Origin: Verrucomicrobiales bacterium
GTDB taxonomy: Bacteria > Verrucomicrobiota > Verrucomicrobiia > Limisphaerales > UBA1100
NCBI GenBank assembly: GCA_011523245.1
Contig: WTHG01000227.1
Coordinates: 1 to 29,646, forward strand
Direction: 5' to 3'
Length of the DNA: 29,646 bases
Shown here: positions 1-7,552 of the stretch, one piece after another
Layout: every line of letters starts with the position of its first letter
Position numbering within the stretch: the stretch's first letter is position 1
Notes under the pieces: model-generated
What the model saw: the letters and a program-made list of their open reading frames with translations, nothing else
What the model was told of the DNA's origin: nothing
Databases searched by the model: none
Made by a program: the position numbers and the translations under genes

Positions 1-172
1 CAGCCGAACCCGTCCCCGCCCCGAAGGCGGCAAAGGTTTGGAAGAGCTTGCCGAATTTCCTGCCGCCCATGAAATAATCCTCCTGAGCTTTGACCTGGCG
101 CATGGCCCAGATACCGATGGCGGCCATGCCGGAGAAGTAGAGAAAGAGAACGAGGTAATCAGCGAAATTCAT
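1..172 (-). CDS. Sodium:solute symporter (SSS) family protein, N-terminal fragment running off the window
   Basis: Not in the ORF track. Manual translation from ATG at 172: MNFADYLVLFLYFSGMAAIGIWAMRQVKAQEDYFMGGRKFGKLFQTFAAFGAGTGSA. An N-terminal TM helix followed by the SSS-typical 'DYF.GGR' motif. Confidence 0.8.
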   Translation of the reverse strand, partial: MNFADYLVLFLYFSGMAAIGIWAMRQVKAQEDYFMGGRKFGKLFQTFAAFGAGTGSA

Positions 173-194
173 AAGGCGTAGGTGAGTTCAAAAA

Positions 195-222
195 ATGATA
201 CCGATTCAACGAGTTTGCCCAA
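195..222 (-). promoter_or_regulatory. Possible sigma70 promoter for the symporter gene
   Basis: TTGGGC (222-217), 16 nt spacer, TATCAT (200-195), just downstream of the operon terminator. Weak -35 match. Confidence 0.25.
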
Positions 223-249
223 TAAAAAACCCGCCCCAAAGGGCGGGTT
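222..249 (-). terminator. Rho-independent terminator ending the ribosomal super-operon
   Basis: Minus strand AACCCGCCC-TTTG-GGGCGGGTT (9-bp stem, 228-249) running into a T-tract (TTTTTTATT), about 20 nt after the rplQ stop. Confidence 0.9.
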
Positions 250-270
250 ACAATTCTCTGGATGGGCGGG

Positions 271-963
271 TTATTCGGACTTCTTGTCCTCGTCCTCAGC
301 CTTAGGCTCCTCTTCGGCAGCTTCCTCGTCTGCGGCTTCGTCCTCTGCAGCCTCTGCTTCTTCGGTCTCCTCCTCGGCAGCGGGCTCTTCAGCGCTGGCC
401 TCCTCGGGGGATTCGTCGGTCGCTTCCGCAGTCTCTTCGACTTGTTTTGCCTCGGCAGCCGCCGCTTCGGCCTTCGGCTCATCCGTGGCAGCGGGGGCTT
501 CATCAGTCGCGGCGCTGTCGGCATCGGTCACCCACTCCAAAATCGCCATTTCGGCGGCATCACCCTGACGGCGGCCGAGCTTGATAACTCGGGTGTATCC
601 GCCATTGCGGTCTTCAAATCCGGGCGCAATATCCTCAAAGAGAATGCGGACCACGTCCTCGTTCTCACGCCAGTAAGCGCGTTGTTCGCGGCCGGACACA
701 CCATTTTTCTTCGGGAAAAAGGTGCGGGGGTTTTGCTGCAATCGCGCGGCAATTAGGCGGCGGTATTGCAGCCCCGCTCCGTCGGCCTGACCTTTTTTAC
801 CTAGCGTCACCATCTTGTCTGCCACCACACGAGCGGCCTTGGCCTTAGCGAGGGTGGTGGTGATACGGCGGTGCTTGATTAGGCTGCACACTAGGTTGTT
901 GAGCATACGGGTGCGATGCTCGGTGGTGCGGCCCAGTTTGGCTTTGCGAATACGGTGGCGCAT
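271..963 (-). CDS. rplQ: 50S ribosomal protein bL17 with internal insertion and acidic C-terminal tail
   Basis: MRHR..KLGRT.EHR..ML.NL..SLI.H.RITTT..KAK and R.GGYTR.IKLG.R.GD.A.MA..E motifs; follows rpoA. Confidence 0.98.
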   Translation of the reverse strand: MRHRIRKAKLGRTTEHRTRMLNNLVCSLIKHRRITTTLAKAKAARVVADKMVTLGKKGQADGAGLQYRRLIAARLQQNPRTFFPKKNGVSGREQRAYWRENEDVVRILFEDIAPGFEDRNGGYTRVIKLGRRQGDAAEMAILEWVTDADSAATDEAPAATDEPKAEAAAAEAKQVEETAEATDESPEEASAEEPAAEEETEEAEAAEDEAADEEAAEEEPKAEDEDKKSE

Positions 964-981
964 GGTGCTTGGTTCAGATAA

Positions 982-2073
982 TTAGTCTAGCAGGGAAGAC
1001 CCGGTGCCAAGCGGCTCGCCGTCGTCTTCAAACAAAATGCTCGGTGATCCGCCGGAGCTGTTTGGCTTGCTGATCAGGTCAGCGGGGTCGAGTACGCTCT
1101 CGTCGAACGTCATGCCCAGACCTAAGCCCAACTCAACGAGTTTATCCTTAATTTCGTTTAGTGATTTTTTGCCGAAGTTGCGGTACTTGAGCATGTCGGC
1201 CTCGGACTTGGTGGCTAATTGGCCGACGGTGGTAATATTTGCGTTGTTGAGGCAATTTGCCGCGCGCACGCTTAACTCGATTTCGTTCACGCTCATGGCA
1301 AGCAGACGTTTAATTTCGGATTGCTCCTCGGTCTGGTTCTCCTTCTCCTCTTCAAACTCAATAGCATCCTTGTCGTAATTCACGAATACCTCGAGCTGAT
1401 GCATGAACACCTGACTGGCTTGGTTCACAGCGTCATCCGGTGAGATACGGCCATCGGTCCAAATCTCCAAGGCCAAGCTGTCGTAATCGGTACGCTGTCC
1501 GACACGGGCATTGCCAACATCGTATCGCACGCGGGTCACGGGGGAGAAGATGGAATCGATGGCTATCACGCCGATCGGTTGGTTGGCGGTCTTGTTCTCG
1601 TCGCCCGTCAGGAAACCACGGCCCACTTGGATGGTGAGTTCCATGAGAAATTTCTTTTTCTTGTCGAGGGTGCAGATGTGCTGGTCCGGATTGACCAGTT
1701 CCACATTATGATTCAACTCGATATCACCTGCAGTCACTGCGCCGTCCTTGTTCACGGAAAGCAACAAGACCTGCGGGTCGCGGGTTTCGTGTATCTTGAA
1801 CTTCACCTGCTTGAGGTTCAGGATAATCTCTGCCATGTCTTCCACCACGCCTTCGATCGTGGAAAATTCATGCTGAGCTCCATCCACTTTGAGGGATGTA
1901 ATGGCCGCCCCTTCCAGAGAAGACAGGAGAATGCGACGCATGCTATTGCCGATGGTGTGGGCATAGCCGATTTCAAACGGTTCCGCGACAAACTTAGCGT
2001 AGGTCTCGGTTGCCGTTTCCTCTTCTTTCTTCAGCCGATTCGGCCGTTCAAACGCTCCTAAACGTGTAGGCAT
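982..2073 (-). CDS. rpoA: RNA polymerase alpha subunit
   Basis: AEPFE.GY.HTIGN..RRILLSSLEGAAI, RVG.RTDYD.L.LEIWTDG, alpha-CTD ELSVRAANCL and NFGKKSL.EIK. Confidence 0.99.
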   Translation of the reverse strand: MPTRLGAFERPNRLKKEEETATETYAKFVAEPFEIGYAHTIGNSMRRILLSSLEGAAITSLKVDGAQHEFSTIEGVVEDMAEIILNLKQVKFKIHETRDPQVLLLSVNKDGAVTAGDIELNHNVELVNPDQHICTLDKKKKFLMELTIQVGRGFLTGDENKTANQPIGVIAIDSIFSPVTRVRYDVGNARVGQRTDYDSLALEIWTDGRISPDDAVNQASQVFMHQLEVFVNYDKDAIEFEEEKENQTEEQSEIKRLLAMSVNEIELSVRAANCLNNANITTVGQLATKSEADMLKYRNFGKKSLNEIKDKLVELGLGLGMTFDESVLDPADLISKPNSSGGSPSILFEDDGEPLGTGSSLLD

Positions 2074-2176
2074 TTTTTCTTACTTTGGTTGCAATTTCAA
2101 TCTGACCTCATACTTCATTCCCGCATATCTGAGGTCCGTATAATTGCTAATTCCTCGACCCACCCGGGCCCAAGGA

Positions 2177-2785
2177 TTAGCGGGAATAAAACTCAACAAT
2201 GGTCTGCTCGTTCGCCACGGGCTCGATGTCCTCGCGCGTGGGCTTGCGCTTAACGGAGCCAGTGTAGGCAGCCTTGTCCAACTCCAGCCATTCTGGCACG
2301 GTACGACTGGTAGAATACTCTAGATTTTTGTCCGCCAAATGACGGCTCTTCTCAGTGTGCTTGATCTCCACTTTGTCGCCTTCATTCAAGGCAATGGAGG
2401 GGGTCCGGGCGCGCTTGCCGTTTACCAGCACGTGACCATGAGTCACCATTTGACGAGCCTGGGCGCGGGTATAACCAAAACCAAGGCTGTATACCACGCT
2501 ATCCAGTCGTGTTTCCAAAATCTGCAGCATGATCTCGCCGGTTACTCCGCGGCGACGGATGGCTTTCTCATAGATGCCGCGAAACTGCTTCTCCATCAAG
2601 CCGTAGTAGTAGCGCATCTTCTGCTTCTCGGCTAGGGCGAGGGCGTAATCGGTCGCCTTGCGGCGGCGTTTCTGTCCGTGTACCCCCGGCGGGTACGGCT
2701 TCCGCTCGAGATATTTCGAGGAGCCAAATAACGGAATGTTAAAGCGACGGCTTAAGCGAACGCGGGGACCAGTATATCGTGCCAT
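2177..2785 (-). CDS. rpsD: 30S ribosomal protein uS4 (no Zn ribbon)
   Basis: Start placed at 2785 (MARYTGPR..LSRR). The ORF-track start at 2845 overlaps rpsK. Motifs LETRLD.VVY.LGF and ARQ.V.HGHV.VNG. Confidence 0.98.
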   Translation of the reverse strand: MARYTGPRVRLSRRFNIPLFGSSKYLERKPYPPGVHGQKRRRKATDYALALAEKQKMRYYYGLMEKQFRGIYEKAIRRRGVTGEIMLQILETRLDSVVYSLGFGYTRAQARQMVTHGHVLVNGKRARTPSIALNEGDKVEIKHTEKSRHLADKNLEYSTSRTVPEWLELDKAAYTGSVKRKPTREDIEPVANEQTIVEFYSR

Positions 2786-2814
2786 GGTATCGTAAATCTT
2801 CCTTCGGGTGAGTA

Positions 2815-3378
2815 TTAGACGCGACGGCGCTTGGGCGGACGACAACCGTTATGCGGCACCGGCGTCACGTCCTTAATTGTGGTGATATCCAGACCAGCCG
2901 CCTGTAGACCGCGAATGGCCGATTCGCGACCGGAGCCCGGTCCCTTGATGCGAACTTCCACTTCCTTGAGGCCGTGCGATTGTGCATCTCGCGCCGCACG
3001 CTGAGCCACCTGAGTCGCGGCGTAAGAGGTACTCTTGCGGGAACCCTTGAACCCGGCGCGGCCGGCACTGAACCAGCTGATTGGGTTGCCTTGCATGTCG
3101 GTGATCGTCACCAAAGTGTTGTTAAACGTGGCGCGTATGTGGGCGATACCGTGCGTCACATTCTTTGACTTTTTGGCCTTAATGACCTTGGCATCGCCAA
3201 AATCATCCGCCAGCAGTTCGGCCGCGGTGGGAGCGGAGGACTTGGACTCTTCTTCCTCAGCAGCGGCCTCGGGCTTCTCAGTGGCCTCGGGCTTCTCAGT
3301 GGCCTCGGGCTTCTCAGCGGCCGGTGCAGCCTCGGCTTGAGGCTGTTCGGTTGCGGGATCTAGTTTTTCTTCAGCCAT
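2815..3378 (-). CDS. rpsK: 30S ribosomal protein uS11 with ~60-aa acidic N-terminal extension
   Basis: [57 protein letters not shown]. Confidence 0.99.
   Translation of the reverse strand: MAEEKLDPATEQPQAEAAPAAEKPEATEKPEATEKPEAAAEEEESKSSAPTAAELLADDFGDAKVIKAKKSKNVTHGIAHIRATFNNTLVTITDMQGNPISWFSAGRAGFKGSRKSTSYAATQVAQRAARDAQSHGLKEVEVRIKGPGSGRESAIRGLQAAGLDITTIKDVTPVPHNGCRPPKRRRV
3265..3318. repeat. 3 x 18-bp tandem repeat (GGCCTCGGGCTTCTCAG[T/C]) encoding (A/T)EKPEA x3 in the uS11 extension
   Basis: Units at 3265-3282, 3283-3300 and 3301-3318; identical except the last base of the third. Confidence 0.95.
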
Positions 3379-3399
3379 GATGGTCGTTCAGGTAAAGGA

Positions 3400-3813
3400 T
3401 TAGGCTTTTTTGCTCTGGGCGCCCACGGTCTTCTTTGGCCCCTTGCGGGTGCGAGCATTGGTTTGGGTACGTTGCCCGCGCACAGGTAGGCCACGCATAT
3501 GCCGCTGTCCGCGGTAGGTTTTAATATTTTTATGGCGTTTGAGGTCTTCGGTGACCTTCCGGCGCAGATCGCCTTCCACAAGGATCACGCAGTTGTCCGT
3601 ACGAGTTTGCTCGGGACGCATCTCGGTGGTTTGAATGGCCTTGGCGATGGTAGCCAATTCGTCCTCGCTCAGGGTATGGGCGCGAGTGGCCGGATCAATC
3701 TTGGCATTTTCCAACACCTTGGCAGAGGTGGCTGGGCCGATCCCATAGAGGGATCGGAGCGCGATGTCGATGCGCTTATTGGCGGGTATATCGATTCCTA
3801 AAATACGGGGCAT
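3400..3813 (-). CDS. rpsM: 30S ribosomal protein uS13 with internal insertion
   Basis: MPRILGIDIP.NKR..IAL..LYGIG, VEGDLRR, YRG.RH.RGLPVRGQRT.TNARTRKG. Confidence 0.99.
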   Translation of the reverse strand: MPRILGIDIPANKRIDIALRSLYGIGPATSAKVLENAKIDPATRAHTLSEDELATIAKAIQTTEMRPEQTRTDNCVILVEGDLRRKVTEDLKRHKNIKTYRGQRHMRGLPVRGQRTQTNARTRKGPKKTVGAQSKKA

Positions 3814-3816
3814 GGC

Positions 3817-3930
3817 TTAACCTTGACGCTGTTTGTGGCGCTTGTTTGTGCAAATGACGCGCACGACACCTTTCCGCCGGATCACTCGGCAGTTTTCACA
3901 CAATCGCTTTACAGAGGCGCGTACTTTCAT
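3817..3930 (-). CDS. rpmJ: 50S ribosomal protein bL36 (Zn-ribbon form)
   Basis: Too short for the ORF track. Manual translation [37 protein letters not shown] (37 aa; C11, C14, C27, H32). ATGA overlap with the infA stop. Confidence 0.99.
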   Translation of the reverse strand: MKVRASVKRLCENCRVIRRKGVVRVICTNKRHKQRQG

Positions 3931-4163
3931 TTTTTGTTCTCGTTCTCTAGTTTTCGTTCCATGACCCTTCCCTTGGAAAGGTCAAAGGTGCTCACTTCGA
4001 GCACCACCGTTTCGCCCGGCTGCGCGTCCACCAGCACCTCGCTGGTGGCCCGCGTGCTGTGTGCCATCAGGCGGTGGCCGTTGCTCAGTTCGGCGCGCAC
4101 CAGGCGGTGCGACAGAACCTCGACTATTCGGCCCTCGACTCGGATGGGCTCGGCCCCGGGCAT
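3927..4163 (-). CDS. infA: Translation initiation factor IF-1, highly divergent
   Basis: Syntenic position (map-infA-rpmJ) and residual motifs I.VEG.I.E.L, EL.NGH...AH, G..V..E.S.FDLSKGR. The central GKMR..YIRI segment is missing. Confidence 0.85.
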   Translation of the reverse strand: MPGAEPIRVEGRIVEVLSHRLVRAELSNGHRLMAHSTRATSEVLVDAQPGETVVLEVSTFDLSKGRVMERKLENENKK

Positions 4164-4912
4164 GTCAAAATTTCCGGTTCGCCTTCAGTCACCGCAATGG
4201 TGTGTTCCCAGTGCGCTGAAGGCCGGCCATCCCGTGTCACCACAGACCAGCCGTCAGGCAGAAACTTCACCTTCGGCGTCCCTGCATTGACCATTGGCTC
4301 GATCGCCAGAGTCATGCCGGGCCGCAGCTCCGGGGAGTCTCCACCGGTCACGTAATTGGGGATTTGCGGTTCCTCGTGAACCACCTCTCCCACACCGTGT
4401 CCAACAAACTCACGCACGATCGAAAACCCGTTGGCTTCGACTCGATTCTGCACTGCAGCCGAGATATCAACCACCCGGTTTCCGGGTAACGCGCGAGAAA
4501 TTCCATCATACAGGGCTTCCCGAGTCACTTCAATCAATTTTTGAGTTTCTTCAGGACACTCACCGACGATCACCGTTCGCGCGTTATCGCCAATGAACCC
4601 TTCAACGCAAACACCGACATCGATGCTTACTATGTCACCGTCCACGATCTTCCGTTTTCCGGCCAAACCGTGTACCACTTCCTCATTCATCGAGATGCAA
4701 ACATTGCAGGGATACTTCCTGCCCTGCACCTCGTATCCGAGAAATGCACTTTTACATCCGTAATGCCGGATGCGGCTGGCGGCATATTCATCCAACTCAC
4801 GGGTTGTGACTCCCGCTTTCACCCATTCGCAAGCATCCCGCAACACGTTGGCTGCGATGCGGCCGGCTTCACGCATGGCCGCTAGTTGATGCTCGTCCTT
4901 GATGGGGATCAT
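4124..4912 (-). CDS. map: Methionine aminopeptidase type I
   Basis: Metal ligands visible in SIDVG, GDNA, GHGVG, AIEPM and HWEHT; follows secY with an ATGA overlap. Confidence 0.98.
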   Translation of the reverse strand: MIPIKDEHQLAAMREAGRIAANVLRDACEWVKAGVTTRELDEYAASRIRHYGCKSAFLGYEVQGRKYPCNVCISMNEEVVHGLAGKRKIVDGDIVSIDVGVCVEGFIGDNARTVIVGECPEETQKLIEVTREALYDGISRALPGNRVVDISAAVQNRVEANGFSIVREFVGHGVGEVVHEEPQIPNYVTGGDSPELRPGMTLAIEPMVNAGTPKVKFLPDGWSVVTRDGRPSAHWEHTIAVTEGEPEILTCPGPSPSESRAE

Positions 4913-6321
4913 CCGGCGCGTCCCCGCACCTTTTTGCCGCCTTTCAAAAATCCATCATAATGATGCTGAGCCAAATGACTTTCCATTTGCCGCATCGTAT
5001 CAAGCATCACGCCCACCATAATCAGCAGGCTCGTGCCGCCAAAGAACTGGGCCACCGCGAAGGGAATTTCCAAATTGATACCCAACACGGTTGGAATCAC
5101 CGCGATGACCACCAGGAACATGGCCCCGGCCAAGGTCAACCGGCTCATTGCGTGATGCAGGAAGTCGCGTGTCGCGTTCCCCGGGCGAACGCCGGGAATA
5201 TAACCACCAGCCTTTTTCAAATCATCCGCGATTTGTGTTTCATTAAACTGCGTCGCTACCCAGAAGTAGGAGAAGAACAGGATCATCAGCGACTGCATGG
5301 CTAAATTCCAAAAGGAACCGTAAGCCAGAGCGTCGCCCAGTCCGACGAAGAAATCAGCCCCGTTGCCTTCCCCAAGCCAGCGACCAATTGTTCCAAAAAT
5401 CTGGGCCGGGAACATCAGAATTGCTTGAGCAAAAATGATTGGCATCACCCCCGCATAATTTACGCGCAGCGGGAAATAAGTGGAGCCACCCTGCATCATT
5501 TTCCGGCCTACCTGCCGCTGGGCATACTGCACTGGAATTTTTCGCATAGCCTGCGTCACCGCGATGACCACACCCACCACTGCCAGCAGCAAAACGAGTA
5601 GGAGCACGCCATTGAAAGGATGAGCCCCTTCACCGCTCCCCGGGAAAAACATATCTTTGATTCCTAGGATAGCCTGATCTACACGGGCGATAATCCCCAC
5701 GGTGATCACCAGTGAGATGCCGTTACCAATTCCACGCTCGGTAATCTGTTCACCTAACCACATCAAAAGAACCGTTCCCGTGGTTAGCAACATCATCGTG
5801 CGAATGCGATACCACAAACCGGGATCAGCCACCAATTCACCTTCAAACCCACCGAAGCCGGGGATGTTTCGGGGATTTTCCCAGCCCACTGACATAACAA
5901 ACCCTTGGCCCAAACAAAGCAAAACTGTGAGATAGCGGCCATATTTGATAATTTGGGTTCGGCCGCCCTCTTCCCGAGCCAACTTACTCAACGAAGGCAC
6001 CACAGCGGTCATCAACTGAATGATAATCGTCGCGCTGATGTAGGGCATGATACCCAGAGAACCGACCGCACAACGCTCTAACGCACCGCCAGTAAACATG
6101 CTGTACATACCCAATAATCCCGCACCACCTTCTGTGCCGGATCCTTGCTGTTCACGCAATTGATCGAAGAAACTCAGTAGTAATTGACCATCCAGACCCG
6201 GGATCGGCGTCATCGCCACCACCCGGCACACCACCAGTAGCATCAAGGTAAAGAAGATCCGGCTTTGGAGCTCCTTAACCTTCAGGCAGTTCTGGAGAGT
6301 CTGGAAATACTGACTGAACAT
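4909..6321 (-). CDS. secY: Preprotein translocase subunit SecY
   Basis: SLGIMPYISATIIIQL, WLGEQITERGIGNGISL, FPLRVNYAGVMPIIFA, GGYIPGVRPG, GGTSLLI.VGV.LDT; multiple TM segments. Confidence 0.99.
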   Translation of the reverse strand: MFSQYFQTLQNCLKVKELQSRIFFTLMLLVVCRVVAMTPIPGLDGQLLLSFFDQLREQQGSGTEGGAGLLGMYSMFTGGALERCAVGSLGIMPYISATIIIQLMTAVVPSLSKLAREEGGRTQIIKYGRYLTVLLCLGQGFVMSVGWENPRNIPGFGGFEGELVADPGLWYRIRTMMLLTTGTVLLMWLGEQITERGIGNGISLVITVGIIARVDQAILGIKDMFFPGSGEGAHPFNGVLLLVLLLAVVGVVIAVTQAMRKIPVQYAQRQVGRKMMQGGSTYFPLRVNYAGVMPIIFAQAILMFPAQIFGTIGRWLGEGNGADFFVGLGDALAYGSFWNLAMQSLMILFFSYFWVATQFNETQIADDLKKAGGYIPGVRPGNATRDFLHHAMSRLTLAGAMFLVVIAVIPTVLGINLEIPFAVAQFFGGTSLLIMVGVMLDTMRQMESHLAQHHYDGFLKGGKKVRGRAG

Positions 6322-6329
6322 GGATCGTC

Positions 6330-6824
6330 TTATTCAGCCGTAGGGGCTTCGGCCTCAGGTGCCGGCTTCGGCACATTCAACGCCTGGCAGGTTCCGCCGG
6401 CTGCTTCAATCGCCTTTTGAGCCGCGCCACTGAATTTGTGCGCGGTCACGGTCAGCTTCTTGGTCAGCTTGCCGTTACCCAGAATTTTCACGAGCACTTT
6501 GCCGCCCCCATTGGCGAGACCAGCCGTCTTGAGAGTGCAGACATCCACCGTAGCTCCATCCTCAAAATGGTTCTCCAGATCGGCTAAATTCACGGGTACA
6601 TACTCGGTACGGAACCGGGCGTTGTTAAAACCGCGCTTGGGCAGGCGACGAATGTAAGGCATCTGACCACCTTCAAAGGTCGCCCGCGTACTACTGCCCG
6701 CGCGAGAGCCCTGCCCCTTATGACCGCGCGTGCTCGTCTTGCCTCGGCTACTACCGTGACCACGACCCACGCGTTTGCGGCGATGCTTCGCGCCCGGGTT
6801 CGGTTTCAAATCATGTAAACGCAT
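6330..6824 (-). CDS. rplO: 50S ribosomal protein uL15
   Basis: L.P.PGA...RKRVGRG.GS..GKT..RGHKGQ.SR, FEGGQMP..RRLPKRGF, KILGNG.L.KKLTV.AHKFS. Confidence 0.99.
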   Translation of the reverse strand: MRLHDLKPNPGAKHRRKRVGRGHGSSRGKTSTRGHKGQGSRAGSSTRATFEGGQMPYIRRLPKRGFNNARFRTEYVPVNLADLENHFEDGATVDVCTLKTAGLANGGGKVLVKILGNGKLTKKLTVTAHKFSGAAQKAIEAAGGTCQALNVPKPAPEAEAPTAE

Positions 6825-6848
6825 TGCTTGTTCCTCAGGTAAAATAGG

Positions 6849-7529
6849 TTACTTGTCGCGACCGACCATCACGTCCTCGCGGCGGCGCATTTGTTGCAAG
6901 GCCTGCAGCGCGGCCTTGGCCACGTTGGCGGGGTTCTTGGAGCCGAGCGATTTGCTCAACACATCGCGCACGCCCGCACTCTCGAGTACGGCCCGCACGG
7001 TTTTGCCGGCAATAATGCCGGTCCCAGGCGATGCCGGCCGCAACAGAACACGGGCACCACCATACATGGAGTACACTTCATGCGGCACAGTAGGTCCATT
7101 CAAGGACACGCTCACCATGTTGCGACGAGCGTCTTCAGTGCCCTTGGTGATGCAGGATATCACCTCACGCGCCTTGCCGGTACCCAAACCCACTTTGCCT
7201 TCCTTATCGCCCACCACAACGAGGGCACTAAAACCAAATCGACGGCCACCTTTCACCACTTTGCTGGAGCGGTTGATGTGAATCACCTTTTCCGCGATAC
7301 CATCGTCTTCCTTTTGCTGCCGCGGACTGCGTTGGTTACGGCCACGCCGGTCGCCACCACCACGCCGGTCGCCACCACCACGCCGGTCGCCACCACGTTG
7401 CTGGGCTGCGGGTTCCTCGGCGGATGCCGTTTTTGCCGGAGCCACTTCAGCGGCCGGAGCCGCAGCGGTCTCAGTAGCCGCCTCTGCGGGGGCGGCGGCT
7501 TGCGTATCCTGCTTTTCTTCGTCTGCCAC
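6849..7529 (-). CDS. rpsE: 30S ribosomal protein uS5 with Ala/Glu-rich plus RGG N-terminal extension
   Basis: [49 protein letters not shown]; GTG start. Confidence 0.99.
   Translation of the reverse strand: MADEEKQDTQAAAPAEAATETAAAPAAEVAPAKTASAEEPAAQQRGGDRRGGGDRRGGGDRRGRNQRSPRQQKEDDGIAEKVIHINRSSKVVKGGRRFGFSALVVVGDKEGKVGLGTGKAREVISCITKGTEDARRNMVSVSLNGPTVPHEVYSMYGGARVLLRPASPGTGIIAGKTVRAVLESAGVRDVLSKSLGSKNPANVAKAALQALQQMRRREDVMVGRDK
7342..7395. repeat. 3 x exact 18-bp tandem repeat (CCACGCCGGTCGCCACCA) encoding GGDRRG x3 in the uS5 extension
   Basis: Units at 7342-7359, 7360-7377 and 7378-7395, all identical. Confidence 0.95.
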
Positions 7530-7552
7530 GTTGTTTGTCTTTCTAGTTGCGG

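Noticed and set aside
2139-2144. Perfect TATAAT on the plus strand, which could drive antisense RNA to rpsD
   Set aside because: No -35 match (CATTCC at 17-nt spacing) and no TG extension; it lies in an AT-rich spacer.
2786-2845. Longer ORF-track starts for rpsD (2845) and rplC (15308)
   Set aside because: Both overlap the upstream gene and add non-homologous residues; canonical N-termini begin at 2785 and 15275.
3265-7395. The two 3x18-bp repeats as possible CRISPR or mobile-element remnants
   Set aside because: No spacers, in-frame within r-protein extensions, and no cas or transposase genes in the window.
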